Below are positions 47,575 through 57,962 of a stretch of 64,000 nt of DNA, piece by piece. Under the pieces are notes generated by a model. It was not told the DNA's origin. It worked only from the letters and a program-made list of their open reading frames with translations, and searched no databases. The stretch is from Candidatus Hodarchaeota archaeon (GTDB taxonomy: Archaea > Asgardarchaeota > Heimdallarchaeia > Hodarchaeales > Hodarchaeaceae). Position numbers and translations under genes: made by a program. The first letter of the stretch is position 1. Every line of letters begins with the position of its first letter. Location: NCBI GenBank assembly GCA_016840035.1, contig JAEOTC010000068.1:1-64000 (forward strand), written 5' to 3'.

Positions 47575-49959
47575 TTATAATCCTATATAGCTGTTTTGTT
47601 CTCCTCTATTGAATAATTTTAAAGAGAGAATGTTTCCGATTCCCATCTCACTTCTGAGGTTGAAGAAGTAAAATGGATAATTGAAAACTAGGGCATCGAT
47701 TTTATTGGGTGTTAAGCTCTTTGAGGTGCGTCCCTCTTGAAATTCAATTAAATCATCATTAATAGACAGGATTTTTGCTGGCGAACCGATATCAAAATCT
47801 TCTTTGTCATAGAGCGTAAACGACTCATTTAGCTGCTGTAACCTTGAAAAGAAATGTCGTTCAATCTCCCAAGAACGAGTCTTTATCATCTGAATCTGTG
47901 GGGGTAAGTCAATAATGAGATCGCTACCTTTTAATTCATATTCAACGTGTTTTTCATCAGTCATCAAAAATGTCGAAGTTTGAAAACTATCAAGAAGATT
48001 TGCTTCTTTTAAGATCCAGGGTTGTACACTTCCTTTTTTATATAAAAACCAGTAGCTAGAATTCTCAAAAGCTGTTAAGTTTAGGCCAATTGACTTAGAA
48101 GTGACTTTCTTACTGTTTAAGGCGAAGATATACTTTTTAAACTTTCCATTTTTAATATCGACTCCTTTAAGAACAACTCTCTTCCCAGATTTTAGAAAAT
48201 ACTCTTGATTGGGATCAGCGAGAACGAAATCAAAATCACTTTTGTTAATATTGATTCTAGAACTAGATTCATCAGAAAATTCCACTTCAAACTCAATGGG
48301 TGATACAATATTCTCAGTTATCTTATAACCAACAATCTTTCCCCAGAATGCCTCGTGCTTCTTTAATTTTGGTTTAGCTAAGACAAAATGATTTAGGTAT
48401 TTTTTTGCAGATTCTTCTTCATATGTAATTTCTAAGTAGTCGTCAATTGATCCAAAGTCTCGTATATACTTCGTTGACAAGAGTCGAGCCATTTCTGAAT
48501 GAGATTCCTGTAATTTCTTAATGGATCGCCCTCTGAATCCAGGAAGTAATAAAGTCCAAATCATAAGACCTGCTCTAATCGCTCCAATGGAATGATCAAC
48601 CTGCATGGCTATTCTAATCGATGTAAGGGGATGTGAAGCTATCAAATTCATAAAGCAAGTCATTCGACTTGGTGATAAATTATGATACAAGTAGTAAGCC
48701 TGATCGCCCATAAATCGGATATTCTCATCTCTTGATCGTTTTTTCCCAGTCATCAACTGTGTGTTAAAACCGATTTCCCCTGCGATACCATAATAAAATC
48801 CTTCGAGACGATATAAGGACTCTGCTAATTCAATTCCATAACCCTTTTCTCGCGTTATTCTGTCAGCTTGTCCCTCTAGCATCTTTACAAATGTCAACAA
48901 GAAGGCAAAAAGACCAATGTTTAGTAACCAGAATGATAAGAAATCCCATGTTTGTTCTCCTAGAAAGACATATTCCCAATAAGTTGATGGTGCCTTGATA
49001 ATGAGCTTAAAGATTAGTTCAAATGCTGTGATACCCAATAATATCAATGTATGCTTTCTTTGGACGTGAGCAAGTTCATGTGCAGTTATCCCTCGGATTT
49101 CTGCATCTGTGAATTGGTCCAAATCGGAGGCAATATAAGCGATCCGCTGATCAAACCATGGGCCGAAGGCAAAAGCATTTAATATTGGTGCCTGAACAAT
49201 CCCAATACTGCGTATCGGTGTATCTATTTTTGATTGTACCTCTGTCACAATCTTCTGTACTCTTTCATCATTTAATGGCTTGATTCCGTATAGGAAAGTC
49301 AATAGGTAACCTGAAATTAAGTAAATAAAACAATTAACCAGGAAGATTGCTGGGTACTTTACAATATCTGGAAGATCCAATTGGGTAAGTACGAGAATTG
49401 CTACCAAGTATAAGACAACATATGTCATCTGGGGACTAATAAAGCGCGTTACTACAATGAATTTCCTACCAAAGAGAAGAAATGCTGTAAAAACCATGAC
49501 CCAGATAATTAAATTATATCCAATTCCTATAAAGAATTGCTGAATCTCAATTGCACTACTAAATCCGATTGAAACAAGAAAATTTTTAATTGATACACCT
49601 AAAGTTGGTAAACCTTTTGTTGTTATAAATCCGATAGCAACCATGATAAAGAAGAATCCGTAGCTTACCGTAAAGGTCGCCATCATTCGTACCCATATTG
49701 GATTCTCACGAACTTCAAAAGTACCAATGACCATTAAACCCATGATACCAGCTAACCCTGATAATAACATATCTCCTGTAAGAGCAAATAATCCAGTCCC
49801 TAGAAATCCAATTGCGGATAATTCCATGATATCGGGATAAGATCGATATTTCATGTATTTCCGTAATTCTAAAAGGAAAACTATGAGAAGTACAACTGAA
49901 ATAACACCAAATATAATTCGTTCTGTTGAAAAAGAGTCTAATAGACTCATTAGATCCAT
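47575..49959 (-). CDS. M48 (HtpX/Ste24-type) membrane zinc metalloprotease with extended N-terminal TM region and C-terminal soluble domain
   Basis: NAFAFG, HELAH, EGQAD, SHPLTSIRI; ATG 49959 preferred. Confidence 0.85.
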   Translation of the reverse strand: MDLMSLLDSFSTERIIFGVISVVLLIVFLLELRKYMKYRSYPDIMELSAIGFLGTGLFALTGDMLLSGLAGIMGLMVIGTFEVRENPIWVRMMATFTVSYGFFFIMVAIGFITTKGLPTLGVSIKNFLVSIGFSSAIEIQQFFIGIGYNLIIWVMVFTAFLLFGRKFIVVTRFISPQMTYVVLYLVAILVLTQLDLPDIVKYPAIFLVNCFIYLISGYLLTFLYGIKPLNDERVQKIVTEVQSKIDTPIRSIGIVQAPILNAFAFGPWFDQRIAYIASDLDQFTDAEIRGITAHELAHVQRKHTLILLGITAFELIFKLIIKAPSTYWEYVFLGEQTWDFLSFWLLNIGLFAFLLTFVKMLEGQADRITREKGYGIELAESLYRLEGFYYGIAGEIGFNTQLMTGKKRSRDENIRFMGDQAYYLYHNLSPSRMTCFMNLIASHPLTSIRIAMQVDHSIGAIRAGLMIWTLLLPGFRGRSIKKLQESHSEMARLLSTKYIRDFGSIDDYLEITYEEESAKKYLNHFVLAKPKLKKHEAFWGKIVGYKITENIVSPIEFEVEFSDESSSRININKSDFDFVLADPNQEYFLKSGKRVVLKGVDIKNGKFKKYIFALNSKKVTSKSIGLNLTAFENSSYWFLYKKGSVQPWILKEANLLDSFQTSTFLMTDEKHVEYELKGSDLIIDLPPQIQMIKTRSWEIERHFFSRLQQLNESFTLYDKEDFDIGSPAKILSINDDLIEFQEGRTSKSLTPNKIDALVFNYPFYFFNLRSEMGIGNILSLKLFNRGEQNSYIGL

Positions 49960-50155
49960 TTGTGATAACACTATCGCTTTCACCTTAGTAGAAAAGCCCA
50001 GCAGGGAGTTTGGATGTAAATATGCCATTAATCCTACAATATAAATGCCTACTGAACAGTTCTTCACACTACAACCTTGACACGAAATTATAAATAATGT
50101 CATTTTTCTCCTTGAATGCAGTTAGATATTCAAAAAGTTGCTGTGTGATGTATAA

Positions 50156-51037
50156 GTGAAAGGTTCCTCCAAACCTGAATGGATTCGAGCGAAGCTTCCA
50201 ACGGAGACGAAATTTAAAGAAGTAAATAAGCTAATCGACGGTCAAGGGCTTCATACTGTTTGTAAAGAAGCGTTTTGTCCGAATAGAACAGAATGCTGGG
50301 AATCTGGAACCGCAACATTCTTGTTAATGGGTTCTTATTGCACCAGAGCCTGTAAATTTTGTGATGTGGAAACAAGAAATCCTCACCAATTTCTAGATGA
50401 AGAAGAACCAAGGAAATTGGCTGAAGCGGTTAACGAACTTAATCTCAAATTCACTGTTCTTACATCTGTTACAAGGGATGATCTCCCAGATGGGGGTGCT
50501 GAACATCTTGCGAAGTGTATTAGGATGATAAAGCGGAAAAATCCTACAACATTAGTGGAAATTCTTATACCAGATTTTAAGGGGAATATTCTTTCATTAA
50601 AGAAAATAATCGAGGCTAAACCAGAAGTAATAGGCCATAATATTGAAACCACAGAAATTTTGACACCAAAAATACGCGATCGAAGAGCAAAATATCAACA
50701 ATCATTATTTGTCCTGAAGACAATTAAAGAAATAGACTCCACAATTTTAACAAAATCTTCATTAATGTTAGGCTTTGGAGAAACTGATGAACAAATTTTC
50801 TCTTCACTCAATGACCTAAAACGAGCCAATGTGGATATAGTTACTTTAGGTCAATACCTTCAACCTTCCAGAAAAGCTCTTCCAGTTCAAGAGTATGTGG
50901 AACCAAGTGAGTTTGTATATTGGGAAAAAATCGCTCAAAAAATCGGATTTTCGGCCGTTGTATCTGGACCTCTAGTAAGAAGTTCCTATCAAGCAGGAAT
51001 ACAATATTCTAAAGTCAAACAACTCTCGAAGGAATGA
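50156..51037 (+). CDS. lipA: Lipoyl synthase
   Basis: CKEAFCPNRTEC, CTRACKFC, HNIET, GQYLQP, RSSY. Confidence 0.96.
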   Translation: MKGSSKPEWIRAKLPTETKFKEVNKLIDGQGLHTVCKEAFCPNRTECWESGTATFLLMGSYCTRACKFCDVETRNPHQFLDEEEPRKLAEAVNELNLKFTVLTSVTRDDLPDGGAEHLAKCIRMIKRKNPTTLVEILIPDFKGNILSLKKIIEAKPEVIGHNIETTEILTPKIRDRRAKYQQSLFVLKTIKEIDSTILTKSSLMLGFGETDEQIFSSLNDLKRANVDIVTLGQYLQPSRKALPVQEYVEPSEFVYWEKIAQKIGFSAVVSGPLVRSSYQAGIQYSKVKQLSKE

Positions 51038-51364
51038 ATCAAAACGAGATCGAAAAATACTATGAATACAATATGAAAGATTTTTGAGCTCTTTCATTAA
51101 TTGGAATAGACTAAGACTGTTTCTGCGGATTCACTAGTAAAACCTTCCTTAAATCGAATATTCTAACTAGATATAAAAAGTCGCATCTCGATTTTCATAT
51201 CGACATTTAAAAGAAAGATATGTCTGGAATCTGAAAATGGGAATATTACGAAAACTATTCAGAGTATTTGTCATGCTTGTACAAGATTAAATAGAATTAA
51301 AATGATCGGAACATTTCTCTAGATAGGCATTAAAATCTAAAATTGGGTGTTGGTTCGATTAGGA

Positions 51365-52366
51365 ATGAGTCAGGGAAATCATGTTAACCATCAAAAATGT
51401 CCAGAGTGCGGAGCAGTCGATAATATAGTTTCTGATCCTAGATCGGGTCAATGGATTTGTGCGTGTTGTGGGGTTGTGGTAGACTCTTTAATGTTTGATC
51501 AAGGTCCTGAATGGAGAGCTTATGATTACCAAGAGGAACAGGATCGTTCTAGAGGAGGCTCACCATTATCACTACTTCAACCTGATTTTGGAATAAAAAC
51601 TCAGATTAGTAAATCAAGAAAAGACGGGAAAGGGAGAAAACTATCATCAAATAAGAGATTAGCGTACAATCGATTAACAAATGTCGATAATCATGCCCAT
51701 GAAAGCGAGATTCGAAACTTAAGAATAGCTCTGAGAGAACTTAAAAGACTAAGAAGCCAGATGGAGTTACCAGAAAGAACAGCTCAAATGGCAAGTTCAT
51801 ATTATAGGCAATGTCTTAAGAAAAATTTGATTCGTGGCCGTTCGATTGATGGAATGATAGCAGCAAGTCTCTATCTTGCTTGTCGAAAAACTAAAATTCC
51901 CCTCACACTTAAGGATGTCTCCATCAATGCAAATGTATCTGCAAAAGAGCTAGGTCGATGTGTTAGGACAATTATCCAACACCTAAGAACAAAACCTGAC
52001 TCTGGAAGACACGAAGCTCTAATTCATCGCTTGGGAGAAGAATTATCACTTTCCATGCCCACCCGTATGATTGCGGTGAAAATTGCTGTAAAAACACGAG
52101 AATGTGGGATAACAGTAGGTAAAAACCCAATGTCGATCGCTGCAGCGTGCCTCTATATTGCTGGTGTTAAAACAGGGGAACGCCGAACTCAACAACAGAT
52201 TGCTCGTGCGGCTAAAACGACTCCAGTTACTATTAGAAATCGGTTCAAAGAAATTGTACGAATTCTAGGAATGGATGATATTGAAGTGAAACGTGGAGCT
52301 GCTGCAATTCCTGTTTTTATTGAAGATCCGCGGGCGTTGTTAAGCTCGACTCAAAATGCGTTTTAA
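51365..52366 (+). CDS. tfb: Transcription initiation factor IIB
   Basis: CPECG..CACCG Zn ribbon, DQGPEWRAY, two cyclin repeats, TIRNRFKE. Confidence 0.95.
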   Translation: MSQGNHVNHQKCPECGAVDNIVSDPRSGQWICACCGVVVDSLMFDQGPEWRAYDYQEEQDRSRGGSPLSLLQPDFGIKTQISKSRKDGKGRKLSSNKRLAYNRLTNVDNHAHESEIRNLRIALRELKRLRSQMELPERTAQMASSYYRQCLKKNLIRGRSIDGMIAASLYLACRKTKIPLTLKDVSINANVSAKELGRCVRTIIQHLRTKPDSGRHEALIHRLGEELSLSMPTRMIAVKIAVKTRECGITVGKNPMSIAAACLYIAGVKTGERRTQQQIARAAKTTPVTIRNRFKEIVRILGMDDIEVKRGAAAIPVFIEDPRALLSSTQNAF

Positions 52367-52423
52367 AATATCCCTCTACTCTTTTTCTCTCGGTAAATCA
52401 AGTACTGTTCTCAATTCAGTATT

Positions 52424-53695
52424 TTATGTTGAAATCCTGTTCGTTGTTTTTGTCTTATGTTCGAAAATTAAAAATCCAAGTACTAATCCAATCGTGTGAA
52501 ATACGAGAAGAAAAATCCCCATTAAAGCATTATCTGAAGCTAAAAGTAGCAGATATGCATTTAAAAACTCAAAAACAAGAATGAGTATCGTATTCCGAAT
52601 AAGGGGGTTTCTATATTCCGTGATGTTAAGGTGAATGTTTAAATTCAAATTTTTATTCCCTTTAATGATAATTCCAGCCAATCGTCCAAGAATAATTATT
52701 GATATTATTATAAGAAGGAGGAAAGCAATTATTAGTAAAATATCCAGAAATTTCATTATTTCTGGGGTAGAAATTCCCAATTGGGCTAAAAGCGAAAATA
52801 TATTCCACAGAGAATGGAGAAGAAAAGAAAAGAATAATCCATATCTGTAATATATGAGTGCAAGGATAATTCCAAGGAAGAATACCACAAAAAGATGCTC
52901 AATAGTATACCTGAGCGACCCATTCTGTAAATCTGCTGGTAAGTGATTAAGACTAAAGATAACACTACTCAGAAATACAACTGGATATTTCGAGGGAATC
53001 CTCTCTTCTAGAAATGAAATCACATGTTGACGGAATACGATTTCTTCAAATAAGGGGCCAATAATTATCACTAGAAGAGAAAATAAGAGTTTTATAAGAT
53101 TATTTGCGAAATAATCATCATATGGAGTTGAATATGCTGGTGGAACAGAGAAGAAATCAAGGAAATGTTCAAGAAGCGTGAGAAAGATCTCTAAAAGCCC
53201 TAGTGAAGTAAGAAAGATAATCCCCGTCAATAATACTATCCTTTGTTTATTTTTCACAGGCCTAATCTTCTTAACAGTAAATGGAACTATTTTAACCAAA
53301 AGAATAACGAAGACTAAATCTGATATAATTGTAATAATGAGGGTGAGTAAATTTAATAATTCGGCATCACTAGATATCTTGAAAGGTAAGAAAAGAATAA
53401 TGACAATACTCGTGATAGATTGAATAATAAAGTAAGAAGAAAAGATGAATATTATCAATAAGCTTGAATCGAATGGAAGAAGACGTGTAATAAACCAAGG
53501 TGTTGAATTATGTGGTGAAAGTTGTGCATCAAATGCATGAGGAGTGTGACAAGTTGGACATGCTAATAAATCATAATTATACCTATTATTACAATTCTCA
53601 CAGGAAATAGTCCTTTCTATCTTCCCCCCACAAAAGATACAATAATTTTTATAAGGAATTTCATTACCACAATGAGGACATAAAACCTTAGACAT
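52424..53695 (-). CDS. CPBP (Abi/Rce1-type) intramembrane protease with N-terminal double zinc ribbon
   Basis: Four CxxC at the N-terminus; EEIVFR, FSLNH, HSLWN. Confidence 0.87.
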   Translation of the reverse strand: MSKVLCPHCGNEIPYKNYCIFCGGKIERTISCENCNNRYNYDLLACPTCHTPHAFDAQLSPHNSTPWFITRLLPFDSSLLIIFIFSSYFIIQSITSIVIILFLPFKISSDAELLNLLTLIITIISDLVFVILLVKIVPFTVKKIRPVKNKQRIVLLTGIIFLTSLGLLEIFLTLLEHFLDFFSVPPAYSTPYDDYFANNLIKLLFSLLVIIIGPLFEEIVFRQHVISFLEERIPSKYPVVFLSSVIFSLNHLPADLQNGSLRYTIEHLFVVFFLGIILALIYYRYGLFFSFLLHSLWNIFSLLAQLGISTPEIMKFLDILLIIAFLLLIIISIIILGRLAGIIIKGNKNLNLNIHLNITEYRNPLIRNTILILVFEFLNAYLLLLASDNALMGIFLLVFHTIGLVLGFLIFEHKTKTTNRIST

Positions 53696-53848
53696 AGAAG
53701 GATCAACTAATGTTATATAAAGAGAGTTCCGCTATAAAGGTATTGGTTTAGGAAACGTATTAAATATAACGCTTAAAATTGAGATCGAAAGGTTCATTCT
53801 TCTACACGTCCGAAGACTTCGTATTACTTAAACGAAGAGGGTATTTCA

Positions 53849-54856
53849 GTGCTACAACAATTTATTGACGAAGAAATAATGGAAAATTTGTCTAATCAGC
53901 TCAATTCAGCAATTGAGGGACTTGAAAGTCCGACGAAAGATCGGATTCGAGAATTCATTCTTTCTACAAAGGGTAAACAATTGCGTCCTGCTCTTATCGC
54001 AGTTACTACAAAACTTCTATCTCAAAATACAGATTCAGAGGAATCACGATTAGCTCGGGCTTATAGATTTGCTGTTGTGATTGAACTATTACATAACATG
54101 ACTCTGATTCATGATGATTTAATCGATAATGCTCCCATACGTCGTGGAAAAGATGCTTTTCATATCCGGCATGGCGCTGATCGGGCTTTACATGATGGCG
54201 ATGTACTTCATGCCTATGCCTTAACCTTAATCAAAGATGATCCTGCAGGTCTTAAGCTAGTTGTTGATTATGCATATCAGGTTGGTTTAGGTAATGCAAT
54301 AGAACTTGAAGATAGGCTTGATCAGAATTTTGAATTTGATATGTCGCGTATCATAAAAATCATGGAATACAAAACTGCTGTAGTATTCGCTGGATGCGTA
54401 AGATTGGGGTGTTTAGCTGCAAACCGGGAAGACCTTTTTACTGAAGAATTGAACAAAGCTATATGTGCAGCTGGAATTGCATTTCAGATTCAAGATGATT
54501 ATTTAGATATCCTCGGCAATCCTGAGGAATTTGGGAAGATACAATTCTGGGACATTCAGGAATCAAAACGAAACCTTTTCCTATATTTCTCGATGAAAAC
54601 GCCCTCCTCCTCAAAGATCAAAGAAATTTTTAACAAAGATATCGGAAAGAAGAGCGAGGAAGATATTAAAATCGTTTTAGAAGCGTTTGGTAAAATTCAA
54701 GATAAGGTAAAGGAAGTACGCGACCAATATGCAAAAATTGCCATCGATGGTTTAAAAGCGATTCAGACCAACATCAATGAAGATGATTATCAAGCTGAAG
54801 AATTAATAGAGTTCTTATTAATCCTAACGAAATATCTAATTGAACGCAGTAAATAA
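53849..54856 (+). CDS. Polyprenyl diphosphate synthase (GGPP synthase-like)
   Basis: GKQLRP, HDDLID..RRG, YKTA, FQIQDDYLD. Confidence 0.9.
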   Translation: MLQQFIDEEIMENLSNQLNSAIEGLESPTKDRIREFILSTKGKQLRPALIAVTTKLLSQNTDSEESRLARAYRFAVVIELLHNMTLIHDDLIDNAPIRRGKDAFHIRHGADRALHDGDVLHAYALTLIKDDPAGLKLVVDYAYQVGLGNAIELEDRLDQNFEFDMSRIIKIMEYKTAVVFAGCVRLGCLAANREDLFTEELNKAICAAGIAFQIQDDYLDILGNPEEFGKIQFWDIQESKRNLFLYFSMKTPSSSKIKEIFNKDIGKKSEEDIKIVLEAFGKIQDKVKEVRDQYAKIAIDGLKAIQTNINEDDYQAEELIEFLLILTKYLIERSK

Positions 54857-54882
54857 CCGCGAATATTTATCCAACAAACGGA

Positions 54883-55740
54883 TTGGCTCAAATGAGCAAA
54901 CATAAGGATATTCATAAGTATACAATAGAATTTACGGAAAATTTCTGGATAAATTTGTTAGAAGTTGCTGGACATGGAAACGTAAAACAATTTATTATCC
55001 AAGCTCTTAAAGTAGCGTTAGAAGCTAGAACAATAAAATCATTAATCCTCTGTGGAGGAAAAGGAACGGGATTTCGACCTTTATCTGTTGCAACTCCCGC
55101 TGTTATGCTTCCAATTGGATATAAACCGATTCTCGAATATTCTATTGATCTTTTAAGGAAACATGCACTAACTGAAGTATTTCTGTCCGTTGGTTACAGA
55201 AAAGACCACATACAACACCTTTTTTCGGAGAAAGAGTTCCCAGGTGTTAATATTGGGTTCATTTCGGAGGAAGATCCATTAGATACTGCAGGTGCAGTAC
55301 TAAATGCAAAAAAACAATTCAAATCTACATTTTTAGTTATGAATGGAGATCTAATTACAAATATTGATTTGAACAAACTACTCGAATTTCACCGTAGTGT
55401 GGTAAAAAAGGGGGGGATAGCTACTATGTTCGTGTTAGAACAGGAAAACAGTCAAGTGGAAATTGATTCCGATAGTAATCAGATAACAACATTTGTTAAT
55501 AGTAGGAAGAAGGGTTTTAATTTTGTGAATGCAGGTGTATATATATTTGAGCCTGAACTTTTTCCTTATATCGATAAAGAAGTCTCCTCACTAGAGAAAG
55601 ACATTTTTCCAGTATTAAGTAATGAAGGATTGATATATGGTTATCTTCCTGAAACGCAAGTTTATTGGAAACATATCAATTCACCAGAAAAATACCAAGA
55701 GGGATGGGCTGATTTTCTTTCTGGAAAACTAGATTTTTAA
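54883..55740 (+). CDS. Nucleotidyltransferase-family protein with N-terminal RHH-like extension; catalytic motifs degenerate
   Basis: LCGGKGTGFRPL..TPAVML, PLDTAGA, MNGDL, NAGVYIF. Confidence 0.8.
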   Translation: MAQMSKHKDIHKYTIEFTENFWINLLEVAGHGNVKQFIIQALKVALEARTIKSLILCGGKGTGFRPLSVATPAVMLPIGYKPILEYSIDLLRKHALTEVFLSVGYRKDHIQHLFSEKEFPGVNIGFISEEDPLDTAGAVLNAKKQFKSTFLVMNGDLITNIDLNKLLEFHRSVVKKGGIATMFVLEQENSQVEIDSDSNQITTFVNSRKKGFNFVNAGVYIFEPELFPYIDKEVSSLEKDIFPVLSNEGLIYGYLPETQVYWKHINSPEKYQEGWADFLSGKLDF

Positions 55741-55791
55741 CTTTACATCGAGTTACTCTCCCAAACCAGTATTATTCAGGGAAATTGCTCA

Positions 55792-57318
55792 ATGCTAATA
55801 TTAAGAAGGGTTACTTTTGTTTTAGACTTTCTAGCATATACTGTACTTGTTTTTATACCCTTTTATGTGATGATATGCGTTATCGAAATTTTTAATACAT
55901 CAAACATCTCTATAATTCTCTTTAATATGTTATTACTAATTATAGAAGTAATAGGATTAACATTTTCATATTATCTTATTAGTATGATTTCAGGATCGAT
56001 TTTCTTTAGAACCTCAGGACGAACGTTTGAGAAGAACGCGAAAGAGGAGCCTTTTTTCAGTGTTATTGTGCCTTCACACGGAACTCCTTATTCAATCCTA
56101 GAACAGACTCTCATTGGGGTTCTTAACTTTGATTATGGAAATTATGAGTTGATAGTTAGCGATAATGGAAAGCTCCCAGATGTGACAAAAAAACTCAGAA
56201 AGTTCTGCGTCCAAAATAATATTGACTATTATCACAAAAAAGATGAGAGGGGATTTAAAGCTGGGAATATTAATGCAGTATTCACCTATACGAAGGGAGA
56301 TTATATTGTTATTCTTGATTCAGATCATATCCCAGTTTCGAACCTGCTCCGAAAATTTGTATCAGTAATAAAAGATCCTAATATTGGTTTCGTCCAAGCA
56401 AAGGTTTCTTATCGAAATGTAAATCGAATGTATCAAAAAGCAAACTCATTTTTATATTCTCAATTCTATGAAGTTATCGAAGCAGCGAAAGATAGACACG
56501 GTATGGTACTATTCAACGGTACAACAGGATGTTTTCGAAGATCGGTATTAGAAGAGATAGGAGGATTTGCTGAAGATACTCTGATTGAAGATATCGATAC
56601 TTCAATGCAAATAATTGCGCGTGGGTATGAAGGCCGATTCATTAATTTTATTGGATCTTATGGACTCGTTCCAGCATCAGCTAAAGCTCAAATCTCCCAA
56701 CTATGGAGATGGACTCATGGAGCATGTAACATCCTTCGGATCAGATTAAATCTAATACTCTCGACTCCACACATTGGATTTTTGAAGAAATTTGAATTGA
56801 TATTGAATGCTATGGCTTTTTTTTCGGGAATAAGTATAGTGTTCTTCTTTAGCTTACTGGCTCTCATGATTTATCTTGATGTCCCAATTCTCCGACCCTC
56901 TTTCTTTTTGATGAACGCTTTGTATTTGATGCCACTTCTTGTTAGCACTTCTTTTTCAATAATTACAATACTTACTATTATATGGGAAGACAAAAAAGAC
57001 CATTTTGTAATTAGAATGCTCCATCTAATTCCTTATTACCTATTTTCTTTGGGTTCATTTCTTTTTCTTATATCTGGAGTAATTGAGGGATTATTACTTT
57101 ATAATACTCCCAAGAGCGAATCTAGTGTCTGGGATAGGCAGTTTAATATCCTGAGAAATTCACTTCTGGCTATATTGTATACAGGACTGATAGTGTTGCT
57201 TACACTATACTCCCTACCCAATGAATTCTCATTCTTCATTCTTGGAGGAACTATTTCCTGGGTGTTTGCACCTATAATGTTAATTTGGGAGGAATTTTTT
57301 CCCCCAGATAAGGAATAA
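55792..57318 (+). CDS. GT2 processive glycosyltransferase (cellulose synthase-like)
   Basis: D, KAGNIN, DSD, IEDID, QLWRW (QxxRW); N- and C-terminal TMs. Confidence 0.9.
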   Translation: MLILRRVTFVLDFLAYTVLVFIPFYVMICVIEIFNTSNISIILFNMLLLIIEVIGLTFSYYLISMISGSIFFRTSGRTFEKNAKEEPFFSVIVPSHGTPYSILEQTLIGVLNFDYGNYELIVSDNGKLPDVTKKLRKFCVQNNIDYYHKKDERGFKAGNINAVFTYTKGDYIVILDSDHIPVSNLLRKFVSVIKDPNIGFVQAKVSYRNVNRMYQKANSFLYSQFYEVIEAAKDRHGMVLFNGTTGCFRRSVLEEIGGFAEDTLIEDIDTSMQIIARGYEGRFINFIGSYGLVPASAKAQISQLWRWTHGACNILRIRLNLILSTPHIGFLKKFELILNAMAFFSGISIVFFFSLLALMIYLDVPILRPSFFLMNALYLMPLLVSTSFSIITILTIIWEDKKDHFVIRMLHLIPYYLFSLGSFLFLISGVIEGLLLYNTPKSESSVWDRQFNILRNSLLAILYTGLIVLLTLYSLPNEFSFFILGGTISWVFAPIMLIWEEFFPPDKE

Positions 57319-57327
57319 AACAAATTT

Positions 57328-57930
57328 TTACTCGGTCAAAAATCTATACCGACTTGCACCAATGAAATGAGCAATTCTAATCGCTTCAGGTATAGTTCCA
57401 ACCGCAGTACATTTTTTTATGAGTTGGTAAGCATTTGTTAATGTTATACCAGCCATTTGTAAGTATAAACGCGGTTTTATTTGGACTTCTTGTGGCTCTC
57501 CTGCCCTTTTCATTGAATCCCAACGGACTTGACTATCGCTGAAAACTTTCTCAAGTGCAGAATGGATTTTTTCAAAATTTGGAAATCTCCTAAGGACAAC
57601 AATGACTGGTATCTGTGTCATTTTCCAAAGAAGGTGTATGTCAATGACTCCAAAGCCTGCAATAGTGATTCCCTGAAGTAGAATGGCTCTGATTTGGTCT
57701 TTATGTGAGCTGTCTAAGATCATATCTGACAGAACATTTGTCGCCTGTGGATCGTCTCTTTCAAGCTCATTTTGAATGATACCATCTACATAAGCCGCCC
57801 CTTTCATTACAACTCCAAAGACAGGTATTTTTTCATTATTTGTCGAGAAACGGTCAAATCCCCCGTCATCAATTCCGATGATAGGGGTTTTTGACTTAAT
57901 GCTTCGCCATTGTCTGATGGATTCAAACAC
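57328..57930 (-). CDS. DUF99/UPF0215 endonuclease V-like protein
   Basis: IIGIDDG, GITIAGF.VID, PEAIRIAH. Confidence 0.85.
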   Translation of the reverse strand: MFESIRQWRSIKSKTPIIGIDDGGFDRFSTNNEKIPVFGVVMKGAAYVDGIIQNELERDDPQATNVLSDMILDSSHKDQIRAILLQGITIAGFGVIDIHLLWKMTQIPVIVVLRRFPNFEKIHSALEKVFSDSQVRWDSMKRAGEPQEVQIKPRLYLQMAGITLTNAYQLIKKCTAVGTIPEAIRIAHFIGASRYRFLTE

Positions 57931-57962
57931 TTTTTCCCGTGCAACCTCAATTCAAAATATAT

